Assembly: GCA_964291285.2 (NCBI GenBank)
Contig: OZ219785.1
Coordinates: 1,024,001 to 1,088,000, forward strand
Origin: Alphaproteobacteria bacterium
Lineage (GTDB): Bacteria > Pseudomonadota > Alphaproteobacteria > Bin95
Reading direction: 5' to 3'
Length of the DNA stretch: 64,000 bases
A program made the position numbers and the translations under genes. Under the pieces are notes generated by a model. It was not told the origin of the DNA. It did no database searches and worked only from the letters and a program-made list of their open reading frames with translations. Positions 18,272-27,729 of the stretch are shown in pieces (positions within the stretch are counted from its first letter, which is position 1; each line of letters opens with the position of its first letter).

Positions 18272-19665
18272 GCTGCATCCTTCGGCGATGGTTCCGGCGC
18301 CCTCATCTGCGCAACAAGGCGCCAGGCAAGCCCGAGCGAGAGGGAGCCGGCGAGAGCTCTGCCGATCGGCACCGCGCACACCGCCGCCGCCGCGCCAAGC
18401 GCGAGCACGACCGGCTCCCCGTCCGGCATTCCCACGAGCAGCACCAGCGCCAGCAGCGTCAGGACGTTCGCCGTCCAGTCCAGGACCGTCGTCCAGACCG
18501 AACGTCCGAAATGGTAGAATACCGGCCTGCAGAGCGCTGCCATGCTTGCCGGGACGAGCGCGGCGAAACCGTACAGGGCGTAAACATGCACCAGGCCCGA
18601 CGCTCCCGCCGTCAGATCGAACATTCGGGAGATCTGGCCGGAGGTCGACGCGAACAGCGCCCAGACCGCAATGACGTAGCAGATGGAGAACACCGCCGCG
18701 CTGCGAAGGCTGGCGGCGGTCCGGCCGGTGTCGCCGGCACCGTAATTCTGCCCCAGCACCGGGTTGAGCGCGATGGTCAGTCCCATGATCCCGCACCCCG
18801 CGAGCAAGGTGATCCGTGCGAGCAGCGCCCATGCGGCAAGCGCGCTGTCCCCGAACGCCGCGACCCACCAGGTCGCCAGCAGCCAGATTGTGGGCGTCGC
18901 GAGTTCCGACAGGGCGGCCGGCCCCGCGATTGCCAGAACGGGCCCGGCGTCGCGAACCGTCTCGAAAATGTCGGGAAGCTTCAGGAGACGGTATTTGCGG
19001 ATGACGAACCCGACGCCGAGCGCCGCGCTGATCGCGCGGTCCGCCAGCAGCGCCCAGGCGGCTCCCTCCAGGCCCAGACCGGCCCAGAAAATCAGCGCCG
19101 GGCTGACCGCCAGGGCCGCCAGACTGCCCGAAACGGTCACCGCCACGGATCGGCGCACGTCGCCGGCACCGCGCAATATCGCGCCCGTCGCCAGGCTCAC
19201 CGCTGCCAGGGGGACGGAATACAGGGCGATCTCCAGATAGAGGTCCGCAGCGTCGAAGACCGCGCCCGGCTCCACGAAGGAGGCGAGAGCCGCGCCGCGA
19301 AAGACCTGCGCCAATCCGACGGCGGCGCACAGGACGGCCAGGGTGACGACCAGGCATGAGGTCGCCTGCCGCACGGCCAGCGCTTTGTCGCCGGCGCCGA
19401 GCGACTGGCTGACCTGCACGGTCGCCGATGACGCAAAGGCGAGCCCGATGGCAATGACGAAATACTCGATGAATCTCGCGAGCCCGACAGCAGCGATCAA
19501 CCGCTCGTCGCGCAATAGCGAGACATAGAAGAGGGTCACCAGGTCGGCCAGGAAGATGAACAGCAGTGCCGTCGAAGCGGGCCCGGCCATGCGCAGCAGG
19601 TGGCGCCCGACCGGGCCGGTCGTATAGACGCCCTCGGCCGCGCTCCTCGCTCCCGGCTCCGCCAC
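18268..19665 (-). CDS. MATE family efflux transporter
   Basis: YTTGPVGRHLLRMAGP, LADLVTLFYVS, LGQNYGAG; many TM segments; GTG start inferred. Confidence 0.88.
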   Translation of the reverse strand: MAEPGARSAAEGVYTTGPVGRHLLRMAGPASTALLFIFLADLVTLFYVSLLRDERLIAAVGLARFIEYFVIAIGLAFASSATVQVSQSLGAGDKALAVRQATSCLVVTLAVLCAAVGLAQVFRGAALASFVEPGAVFDAADLYLEIALYSVPLAAVSLATGAILRGAGDVRRSVAVTVSGSLAALAVSPALIFWAGLGLEGAAWALLADRAISAALGVGFVIRKYRLLKLPDIFETVRDAGPVLAIAGPAALSELATPTIWLLATWWVAAFGDSALAAWALLARITLLAGCGIMGLTIALNPVLGQNYGAGDTGRTAASLRSAAVFSICYVIAVWALFASTSGQISRMFDLTAGASGLVHVYALYGFAALVPASMAALCRPVFYHFGRSVWTTVLDWTANVLTLLALVLLVGMPDGEPVVLALGAAAAVCAVPIGRALAGSLSLGLAWRLVAQMRAPEPSPKDAA

Positions 19666-19679
19666 CGCTACGCCGCGCT

Positions 19680-20726
19680 CTACACGGCGTAGCCGAGCCG
19701 CTCCAGACCCGGCCGGCAGGCTTCGGTCAATGTCGCCCGTTCTTCCGGATCGAGCCGGCCAAATTTGGACCGGGACGGCCTCGGTATCCCGGCTGCTTCG
19801 TGAATCCAGTCCTCGTTTTCCAAATCTCTGGAAATAAACCGGATTATACGACGCAGCTCCCACTCTGCATTTTGCTGCAAATCGTCAAACCGTACCTCCA
19901 GGACCTGTTCCGACGGCAGGTTCTGGATGAAGTCCTGAGCTGCTCCTACCATCGAGCTCCATATTGCGCCGAAGTGCGCGATCTCCAACCGGTCGGCGGA
20001 CATGGGGATCGGGAACCGGGACAAATACTTCAAAGGTTGCAGGCGCAGCGCCATCGAATCCCAGAATTCGCCATGTTTCGCCTCGACTCTAAAGGGATCG
20101 TATCTTCGCTTCTGGAGGGCAATTATGTAGGGCGCAATTCCTCTGAATGGATGATGTTGAAACATGGAAAGCGCAACATCCCGCCCGTCCCGGTGCATGT
20201 TGATCACCTTGGCTTCCGGAAATCTGTACATGAGCCTCGACGCATACATGGAAGACCCGCCGGAGCGTTCAACCCATACCTTCCGGTCGAATCTGTCACA
20301 CAACCACTCGAAAAGATCACGACAATGTTTTGCAGGAGACTGGCGTGGAAAACTTCGCACGACCGGTTCCATCTCATCGAAGAGTCTTTCGTAGTGATTT
20401 GTCAAGTGAGGAAGCGTCACGCATAGAATGGGAGGGACAGTTTTTCGTCCAAACCGGGAATCGGGATCTTCGAAGGGATACAGCAGTTCTTCGTAGTCTT
20501 TTCTCAGAAGATAACGAACCAATTGCGGTTGATGGGTAAGAACATGCCACATTCCGTTTCCGGTCAGGCGCCATCGGCTGAACAAGGCAGTGCTGTGAAA
20601 TGTAAAAAACTCGGAGATGCTGAGGAGATCCGGATGCAGGTTCAACATGTTGGACAACATCGTCGACCCGCAGCGGCCGGAACTGAGAACGATAACCGGT
20701 GGATAGCGCAGTGCCCGGCCGGTCAT
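19680..20726 (-). CDS. PAPS-dependent sulfotransferase, paralog of 12239-13285 (348 aa)
   Basis: SSGRCGSTML, KVWVERSGG, HRDGRDVALS. Confidence 0.9.
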   Translation of the reverse strand: MTGRALRYPPVIVLSSGRCGSTMLSNMLNLHPDLLSISEFFTFHSTALFSRWRLTGNGMWHVLTHQPQLVRYLLRKDYEELLYPFEDPDSRFGRKTVPPILCVTLPHLTNHYERLFDEMEPVVRSFPRQSPAKHCRDLFEWLCDRFDRKVWVERSGGSSMYASRLMYRFPEAKVINMHRDGRDVALSMFQHHPFRGIAPYIIALQKRRYDPFRVEAKHGEFWDSMALRLQPLKYLSRFPIPMSADRLEIAHFGAIWSSMVGAAQDFIQNLPSEQVLEVRFDDLQQNAEWELRRIIRFISRDLENEDWIHEAAGIPRPSRSKFGRLDPEERATLTEACRPGLERLGYAV

Positions 20727-20820
20727 CGAACGCCTCCCGGTCGTGTTGCGGCCCTTCGTCCGCCGGGACAGCCGGCGGGCAGGGGAGCGCGTCTGGTAAG
20801 CGGCAGCGGAAATCCCGACA

Positions 20821-21813
20821 TCAATCCAGCAATCGAATTACTGCGTCCGCGGCGAGGTCCACCGTCATCGTCGCCGTATCGATCCGCAGTTCGGGAGCTT
20901 CCGGGGGTTCGTAAGGGGAATCGATCCCGGTGAAGTTCACGAGATCGCCCCTGCGCACCTTGGCGTAGAGGCCCTTCGGGTCGCGTGTCTCGCAGACCGC
21001 AAGCGGCGCGTCCACGAATATCTCCAGGAACTCGCCTTCCTCCATCAGGTCGCGCGCCATGCTGCGTTCGGACCTGAATGGGGAGATGAAGGAAACGATC
21101 ACGATCAGCCCCGCATCGGCCATCAGCTTCGCGACCTCGGCCACGCGGCGGACGTTCTCGACCCGGTCGCGCTCGGTGAAACCGAGGTCCCTGTTGAGCC
21201 CGAGCCGGACATTGTCCCCGTCCAGGAGATATGTGCGCCTGCCGCTTGCATGGAGCTTCTGTTCCACGCGGTCGGCGACAGTCGATTTCCCCGCCCCGGA
21301 CAGGCCGGTCATCCATAACACGCAGGGGCGCTGCCCGAGAGCGTGCGACCTCGCCGCCTTGTCGATCTTCAACTCCTGCCGGACGATATTGGTCGCGCGG
21401 CGGAGCGCGAATTCGATGGCGCCCGTGCCCGCTTCCTCGCCGGTGAGCAGGTCGGCAAGGCTGAACACGCCCGCCCTGCGGTCGGCGGCAAAATCCAACT
21501 CAACAGGCCGGTCGAGCGACAGCTTGCAATAGCCGATCTCTTCGGGACCCAGCGTCCTTGCAGCCATATGCTCCAGCGTATCCGTATCGATCCGGTGAAC
21601 GATCTCGGTGACCTGTGCAACCGCTGAGACATTGGCAAAATGAATGAGATAGCGCCGCTTCGGCAGCAGCGGCTTGCTGGCCGTCCAGATGATATGGGCG
21701 GCATACTGGTCGGCGGTCTCCGGCGCAGGGCCTTCCTCCCCGACCGTCCTGCTGCGACCGATATCGACGGTTTCGAGCAGTTTCGTCAGCTCAGAACCGG
21801 AATGTCCGGGCAT
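20821..21813 (-). CDS. cysC: Adenylyl-sulfate (APS) kinase with CysN domain III (truncated CysNC/NodQ)
   Basis: TGLSGAGKST, LDGDNVR, FISPF, RDPKGLY, FTGIDSPYE; N-terminal ADQYAAHIIW CysN-III-like segment; no GTPase domain. Confidence 0.9.
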   Translation of the reverse strand: MPGHSGSELTKLLETVDIGRSRTVGEEGPAPETADQYAAHIIWTASKPLLPKRRYLIHFANVSAVAQVTEIVHRIDTDTLEHMAARTLGPEEIGYCKLSLDRPVELDFAADRRAGVFSLADLLTGEEAGTGAIEFALRRATNIVRQELKIDKAARSHALGQRPCVLWMTGLSGAGKSTVADRVEQKLHASGRRTYLLDGDNVRLGLNRDLGFTERDRVENVRRVAEVAKLMADAGLIVIVSFISPFRSERSMARDLMEEGEFLEIFVDAPLAVCETRDPKGLYAKVRRGDLVNFTGIDSPYEPPEAPELRIDTATMTVDLAADAVIRLLD

Positions 21814-22429
21814 GCCGCCGCTGGTCGTCAAGACGTTTTACCCACGCGGCACGCAAACCGGAGGCCGCGCCTTCGCGCATCGAACGCGCGAGCGCTTATC
21901 GCCATGGCGTTGCAGCAACGCAGATACGCCAGCCGTCCGTCATGCGATCCGGAAGCGCGGCGTAGGGCATCGTCGACAGGGCGGGGGAAAGACAGCGAAG
22001 TGTTTCTGCAAGAACTGAATACATGCATCGGCCACGAAAACCGCCGGACAGGACTTGCGTTACAGGTGCGCCGATGCACCGGAACTACATCAGAGACAAC
22101 CTCGCTGCTGAACTTCAAGTCCATCGTCGACCCGGCCCGAAAACGCGGAAGTTCTCCCCGATCCAGCGGAGCAGCGCGAACCTGAGGCTGCACAATTTGA
22201 GCTGCCCGCCTCCAATATGTCAACGACAATCGAATTGAGGTTGGTCGATGATTGCGTCCATTGGATGACCGGGTTCGGGCGGAGACAGATGCCATATCAG
22301 GTCCGCCCACCTGCCTTATTCACCGTTTCGAGAAATCCGGCTCATCGGGCCTTCGTTCGAGATTCTCCTCGACTTTCTGCCCGCCAACGACGCAAGGGCG
22401 GAAGGTTTCTCCGGCTACACGCTCACCGC

Positions 22430-22740
22430 GCGGCGCCACGGCAACGGGTTCGCGATCGACGCCCGCTACCCCTTCTGGCCGATCGGTTCGACTGCTTCGT
22501 TCACGATGTCCGCAATCATGGATGGAATCCGGTCGACCAGGGCCCGCTCCGGCACAACCTGCCGTTCTTCGTGAACGACGGCAAGCGTATTGCACGCGAC
22601 ATCGAGAGACGGTTCGGCCCGATGCCGACCATCGGGTGTTCCATTCGCTCTCGACCATCCTGGCGCTGCGTCAGGCGAGCACGAGCGAGTGCTTCGATGC
22701 GCTGGTGCTGTTCGATCCGCCGCTGTGCCCGTCCGGCCCG
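22430..22740 (+). pseudogene. Alpha/beta hydrolase remnant (frameshifted)
   Basis: Fragments in three frames: HGNGFAIDARYPFW / DRFDCFVHDVRNHGWN / VFHSLS..LVLFDPPL. Confidence 0.6.
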
Positions 22741-22836
22741 GCATGCACGCGGATTCGCGTTTCTTATCCTGGCGCGGGTGCAATGTCCTTCACGCGCCGC
22801 CCGTCTTCGACCCGGCCCGAGCCGGCAAGGGCGCGG

Positions 22837-22950
22837 TTACCTTCCGCTGTGCCCGGCCAGCGCCGGTTCGATGCTGGCGATGGCGATAACCGCAACGAGC
22901 ATGGCGAGCCACGCAACGGTCGTCAGGTCTTTCCTTGCTTTCATGTTCAT
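22837..22950 (-). pseudogene. 37-aa ORF resembling a TrbC/VirB2 pilin leader (remnant)
   Basis: GGGGGAG RBS; MNMKARKDLTTVAWLAMLVAVIAIASIEPALAG then early stop. Confidence 0.4.
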
Positions 22951-23089
22951 CGTCTCCCCCTTCAACGAGGCTCTCTTCGGATGGCGGCAATCTAGCTATA
23001 CCGCCGGGGCAAGTTCCAATGCCGTTTTCCTTCGCAGTCCATAAGAATTTCCTATGAGAGCGGGCCCCGGCAGTCCGGAGCGGCGCGGT

Positions 23090-23180
23090 TCAGTCTTTGC
23101 GTGTTGTTCGGCGCTCCATGTCGACGCCGATCAGCATCCGCATGCCATCGTTCCCAATTTGGATTCCGAGGGGTCAGGGC
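23090..23180 (+). pseudogene. Possible relaxase HUH-motif remnant
   Basis: Reads ALHVDADQHPHAIVPNLDSEG, resembling MOBP/VirD2 motif III (H-x-D-x-x-H-P-H-x-H). Confidence 0.35.
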
Positions 23181-23250
23181 CCTGGGCCGGGGCACCACAC
23201 CCGTTGCGCGCGACCCGCGATCTGACGAACGCGGTGCTGTCGGAGATACG

Positions 23251-23286
23251 CCACAAAAAAGAGCATCGGCTATCTCTCCGCCATAG
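23251..23286. repeat. attR: right inverted repeat (CCACAAAAAAGAGCATCGGCTAT) plus duplicated tRNA 3' end
   Basis: Read directly; duplicates the last bases of tRNA-Ser including CCA. Confidence 0.85.
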
Positions 23287-23414
23287 GCGGCAGCCGCCGC
23301 GCTCTGGTCCCTGCCGCGGAAGTGCTTTCCGGCACGCAGCGTCCGGTTGCGCCTACTGCCCGCAGGCGAACCGGGCTAGGATTGCGCCTGTCTGACCTTA
23401 GCGGGAGAAGCGCG

Positions 23415-24719
23415 GTGGACATCGCGGCCCTGCGCGCGGCCGGCGCGCGCCACCTGATCCAGAGCGAGCTGCTGTCGGACGTGGTGCCGGCCGTCGAGGG
23501 GCCTGTCTTCGTGCGGGCCGAGGGCGCCGAGATATTCGATGCCGACGGCCGGGCCTATCTCGACTTCAACTCGGGCCAGATGTGCTCGGCGCTCGGCCAC
23601 AACAACCCGCGCGTCACCGCTGCCGTGCGCGAGGGGCTCGGTACGCTGACCCATGCGAGCTCGGTCTATTTCAACGCGCCGCAGCTCCGGCTCGCCGCGC
23701 GCCTGGCGGAGACCTTCGATGCGCCGCTCAGCCGCTCGCTCTTCATCCAGTCGGGCGCCGATTCCAACGAGGCCGCGCTGCTGTTCGCACGCCGCGCGAC
23801 CGGGCGCAGCGGCATCGGCGCGCTGCATCTGAGCTTCCACGGCTACACGGACGTGACGCGCGCGATCAGCTTCGCCGCGGCCACGCCGGGCAACGGGCCG
23901 GCGATCCCGGAGGTGTTCGCGATCCCCGCGCCCTACGCCTACCGCTCGCCGGTGCCCGCCGAGGGCGAGGACTGGTGGCGGCCGCTGCTCGCCATCGCTT
24001 TCGACCTGCTCGACCGCGAATGCCCGAACAACCTCGCCGCCGTCATCGCCGAACCGCTCATCAGCGCCGGCGGCGTCATCGAAATGCCGCCCGGCTACCT
24101 CAAGGCGCTCAAGGCGGGGCTCGAGGAGCGGGGTGCGCTGCTCATCCTCGACGAGGCGCAGACCGGGCTCGGCAAGCTCGGCAGCATGTATGCCTACCAG
24201 CAGCACGGGGTCGTGCCGGACATCATGACGCTGTCCAAGCATTTCGGCGGCGGGCTGCCGATCAGCGCCATGGTGACGACCGATGCGGTCGCCGAACGCG
24301 CGCTGGAAGGCGGGCTCACCTTCGGCCACTCGCACTCCTCCGACCCCATCGCCTGCACGGCCGGCCTCGCCAGCCTCGACGAGATCCTGGAAGAGGACGT
24401 GCCGGCGAAGGCCCGCGCCATCGACGCCCGCTGGAAGGCCGGCATGGAGAGCCTCATGCAGCGCTTCGCGATCATCGGGGACCTGCGCGGGAAGGGCTGC
24501 CTGCAGGGGGTGGAGCTGGTGCGCGATCGCGCCACGAAGGAGCCTGCAAGCCGGGAGGCGCAGGAAATCTACCGCGACTGCCTGGCGAACGGCCTGCTCT
24601 TCTCGGTGCGGGGCCAGCACGGCAATGTGCTCCGCTTCGTGCCGCCCTTCTGCTCCAGCGGCGACCAGATCGACCGCGCCGTCTCGATCCTCGAGGGCGC
24701 TCTCGCCCGCCACGGTTGA
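23415..24719 (+). CDS. Class III aminotransferase (dialkylglycine decarboxylase-like)
   Basis: DFNSGQMCSALGHN, DEAQTG, LSKHFG; GTG start after GGGAG. Confidence 0.9.
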   Translation: MDIAALRAAGARHLIQSELLSDVVPAVEGPVFVRAEGAEIFDADGRAYLDFNSGQMCSALGHNNPRVTAAVREGLGTLTHASSVYFNAPQLRLAARLAETFDAPLSRSLFIQSGADSNEAALLFARRATGRSGIGALHLSFHGYTDVTRAISFAAATPGNGPAIPEVFAIPAPYAYRSPVPAEGEDWWRPLLAIAFDLLDRECPNNLAAVIAEPLISAGGVIEMPPGYLKALKAGLEERGALLILDEAQTGLGKLGSMYAYQQHGVVPDIMTLSKHFGGGLPISAMVTTDAVAERALEGGLTFGHSHSSDPIACTAGLASLDEILEEDVPAKARAIDARWKAGMESLMQRFAIIGDLRGKGCLQGVELVRDRATKEPASREAQEIYRDCLANGLLFSVRGQHGNVLRFVPPFCSSGDQIDRAVSILEGALARHG

Positions 24720-24740
24720 AGAGCCCCCGGCCTCATCGTT

Positions 24741-25487
24741 TCAGGGCGCGCCGCCGTCCACGCGGATGACGGAACCGGTGGTGAAGGCGCTCGCGTCGGA
24801 GGCGAGGTAGAGGGCGGCGGTGACGATCTCCTCCGGCTCGCCGCTGCGCCGGAGCGCGGCCTCTGCGTTGCGGCGGGTCTCATCGTCCCAGGCGTGCGAG
24901 ATGTCGGTGAGGAAGCGCCCCGGCATGATGGCGTTGACGCGCACTTTCGGCGCATATTCGCGCGCAAACGCTTCCGTAACCGCGTTCAGCGCCGCCTTGG
25001 CGCCGGCATAGGGCGCGAGCTCCGGGCGCGGGCGGATGGCGCCTGTGCTGGAGATGTTAACCACCGCCCCGCCCCGGCCCGCCGCCATGGCCGTGCCGAG
25101 GAGCGCGGTCAGCCGGAACGGCCCCTTGAAATTGAGCGCGATCACCTTGTCGAACAGCTCTTCCGGCGTTTCCAGCGAGGAGGGCGCGAGCGGCGAGGAC
25201 CCCGCATTGTTGACCAGCACGTCGATGTCGCCTGCCGCCGCCCAGGCCCGTTTCGCGAGGTCCTCCAGCGCGTCCCAGTCCGAGACGTTGCAGGGCATCG
25301 CCCAGGCCCGCCGGCCGAGCGCCTCCACCTCCGCCGCCACGGCCCGGCAGGACTCCTCGCGGCGCGAAACGATGACCGCATCGGCCCCGCGCCGGGCGAA
25401 GGCCAGCACCATCTCGCGGCCGAGCCCGCGGCTGCCGCCGGTGACGAGCACGGTCTTGCCGGTGAAGTCGAACAGCGGATCGGTCAT
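24741..25487 (-). CDS. SDR family oxidoreductase
   Basis: TGGSRGLG, NNAG, YAGAK. Confidence 0.93.
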   Translation of the reverse strand: MTDPLFDFTGKTVLVTGGSRGLGREMVLAFARRGADAVIVSRREESCRAVAAEVEALGRRAWAMPCNVSDWDALEDLAKRAWAAAGDIDVLVNNAGSSPLAPSSLETPEELFDKVIALNFKGPFRLTALLGTAMAAGRGGAVVNISSTGAIRPRPELAPYAGAKAALNAVTEAFAREYAPKVRVNAIMPGRFLTDISHAWDDETRRNAEAALRRSGEPEEIVTAALYLASDASAFTTGSVIRVDGGAP

Positions 25488-25739
25488 GGGCCCGGGCTCC
25501 GTTCCTTTCCTCGGGAAAACGACTCGGCCGAAAGGTTAAACCCTTTTCCACATCCCGGCCGAGTTCACCGAGATTTGAATGCGGCCGCCAGCATCGGTAT
25601 TTGGCGGAATGCGGGACTGTTCCTATCTTATGGAGATGCACGGGATAACGGCGAAACATGCGGTGACAACGGACCGATCCGTATGTGGACCGATTCGAAA
25701 CGCCCCTGCTGAAACCTCGACAATCCGAAAGGAAGCAGA

Positions 25740-26033
25740 ATGACGACCTCGACACTCAAGGGCCTTGCGGTCGCCAGCGCCGTCGCGGCGGCGCTCGCCA
25801 TGCACACCGCCACCCCGGCCGCCGCCGGCGAGAAGGAGAAGTGCTTCGGCGTCGCGCTCGCGGGCCAGAACGACTGCGGCGCGGGCTCCGGCACCACCTG
25901 CTCCGGCACGTCCACGGTCGATTACCAGGGCAATGCCTGGAAGCTCGTGCCCAAGGGCACCTGCGTGACCATGGAGCTGCCGGGAGACCGCAAGGGCTCC
26001 CTGGAGATGCTCGACCGCGACCTGCCGAGCTGA
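25740..26033 (+). CDS. DUF2282 bufferin-type precursor peptide (BufA1-like)
   Basis: Signal peptide, [14 protein letters not shown]...TTCSG...WKLVPKGTC (4 Cys). Confidence 0.9.
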   Translation: MTTSTLKGLAVASAVAAALAMHTATPAAAGEKEKCFGVALAGQNDCGAGSGTTCSGTSTVDYQGNAWKLVPKGTCVTMELPGDRKGSLEMLDRDLPS

Positions 26034-26110
26034 GGACGGCGCCACCGCGTCCCGGATTTCCTTTCCGGGACGCGGCAAGCCGGCCCTGGCCCGCCGGCAG
26101 AGGACCTGCG

Positions 26111-26968
26111 ATGGACGGCATGGACAAAGGGTGGAGCGGCCTGCCGCCGAAGGCCGGCGTCGGCTACAAGCCCCGGCATCTCGAAGACATCCTCGCTGCG
26201 CCCGGCCGGGTCTCCTGGGTCGAAATCCACGCGGAAAACTATATGGCGGACGGCGGCCCCGCGATTGCCGGGCTGAAGCGCCTTGCCGCGCGCTTCCCGG
26301 TCTCCTGCCACGGCGTCGGCCTGTCCATAGGGTCGGAAGGCCCGCTCGATACGGAACATCTGGACCGTCTGGCGCACCTTGTCTCCTGGCTCCGGCCCGC
26401 CAGCGTCTCCGAACATCTCGCCTGGTCCCGCCATGACGGCGGATATCTTGCCGACCTCCTGCCCGTGCCCTGTGACGAAGCGGCGCTCCGACGGGTCTCG
26501 GACCATATCGACGAGGTGCAGGAACGCCTCGGCCGCCGCATCCTGCTCGAGAACCCCTCCAACTATCTCCGGTTCTCCCGCAGCACGATGGCCGAAGTGG
26601 AGTTCCTGGGCGCGGTTGCCGCGCGCACGGGCTGCGGCCTCCTGCTCGATGTGAACAATGTGCATGTCTCGGCGGCCAACGGTGCCTGCGATGCCGAGGC
26701 GTATATCGACGCATTTCCCACGGACCTTGTCGGGGAAATCCATCTTGCCGGCCACGAGATCGAGGCGGACGAGAGCGGCGGCCCGCTGCTGATCGACGCC
26801 CACAACAATCCCGTCGCCGACCCCGTCTGGGCGCTGTTCGAGCGGGTCTGCGCGCGCACCGGGCCGCTGCCGACCCTGATCGAATGGGACAATGACGTGC
26901 CCGAATGGCCGGTGCTCGCCGCCGAGGCCGCGCGGGCCGATGCCGTGCTCGCAGGCTGCCATGCCTGA
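26111..26968 (+). CDS. DUF692 multinuclear non-heme iron oxidase (MNIO, BufB-like)
   Basis: EIHAENY, HGVGLSIG, SEHLAW, LENPS, LLLDVNN, EIHLAGH, EWD. Confidence 0.93.
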   Translation: MDGMDKGWSGLPPKAGVGYKPRHLEDILAAPGRVSWVEIHAENYMADGGPAIAGLKRLAARFPVSCHGVGLSIGSEGPLDTEHLDRLAHLVSWLRPASVSEHLAWSRHDGGYLADLLPVPCDEAALRRVSDHIDEVQERLGRRILLENPSNYLRFSRSTMAEVEFLGAVAARTGCGLLLDVNNVHVSAANGACDAEAYIDAFPTDLVGEIHLAGHEIEADESGGPLLIDAHNNPVADPVWALFERVCARTGPLPTLIEWDNDVPEWPVLAAEAARADAVLAGCHA

Positions 26969-27710
26969 CGACCAGCGCACATTTGCAGCCGCGCTGCTCG
27001 ACCCGGCGAAACCCGTGCCTCCGGGCCTCGTCCGGCCGGACGGGCGGCCGGCGGGGCGGCGCTTCGACATCTACCGCAACAATGTCGTCGTCGCGCTCAT
27101 CGAGGCATTGGGAGAGGCGTTTCCCGTCGTGAAGGCCCTGGTCGGCGAAGAGTTCTTCGAGGCGATGGCGGGCGTCTATGCGCGCGCCCATCCGCCTTCC
27201 TCGCCGCGCATGATCTTCTACGGAGAGGGGTTCGCGCCCTTCCTGGAGAGCTTCCCGCCGGCGGCCGGTCTGCCCTACCTGCCGGACGTGGCGAGGCTCG
27301 AATATGCGCGCCGGCTGGCCTACCACGCCGCCGCCGACCCCGCCGCCGATCCCTCGGTGCTGGCCGGGCTCGACGCGGATGCGCTGGCGGCGGCCCGCTT
27401 CGACTTGCAGGCGGCCTGCCATATCCTCCGCTCGGCGCATCCCGTCCATGCGATCTGGCGCTTCAACGCAACGGACGACAAATCGCCCGTGCAACCCGCC
27501 GCCGAGGATGTTCTGGTGTCGCGCCCGGAAGATATTGTGCTCGTGCAGTTGCTTCCCCCGGGCGGCGCGGCGTTCCTGCAGGCGCTCGACGCCGGCGAGC
27601 CGCTCGGCCGGGCGGCGGAGCGGGCCGCTGCCGAGGCGCCGGAATTCGATCTCGGCGCCAGTCTCGCCGGGATGTTCGCCGGTCCAATCGTCAGGACAAT
27701 CTCCGTTTGA
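26961..27710 (+). CDS. DUF2063 RiPP partner protein (BufC/HvfC-like)
   Basis: RFDIYRNNV, FPVVKALVGEEFF, YLPDVARLE. Confidence 0.9.
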   Translation: MPDDQRTFAAALLDPAKPVPPGLVRPDGRPAGRRFDIYRNNVVVALIEALGEAFPVVKALVGEEFFEAMAGVYARAHPPSSPRMIFYGEGFAPFLESFPPAAGLPYLPDVARLEYARRLAYHAAADPAADPSVLAGLDADALAAARFDLQAACHILRSAHPVHAIWRFNATDDKSPVQPAAEDVLVSRPEDIVLVQLLPPGGAAFLQALDAGEPLGRAAERAAAEAPEFDLGASLAGMFAGPIVRTISV

Positions 27711-27729
27711 AACGTCGGGAGACCCCGCG

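Larger units (their letters stand above)
7686..23286. mobile_element. tRNA-Ser-integrated genomic island (~15.6 kb), integrase not detected
   Basis: CTCTCCGCCATAG at 7686-7698 and again at 23274-23286; inverted repeats at 7695-7716 and 23251-23273; lower-GC cargo and gene remnants inside. Confidence 0.82.

Noticed and set aside
18272-19357. Apparent N-terminal extension of the acylase (1168 aa)
   Set aside because: Off-frame read of the MATE gene; start at 18271 gives a normal anchor and length
21960-22330. Short ORF fragments left of the hydrolase remnant
   Set aside because: No motif I can assign to a family
25640-25735. ECF sigma (SigF-type) promoter upstream of the bufferin precursor
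   Set aside because: Only partial resemblance to the consensus; cannot be placed confidently by eye
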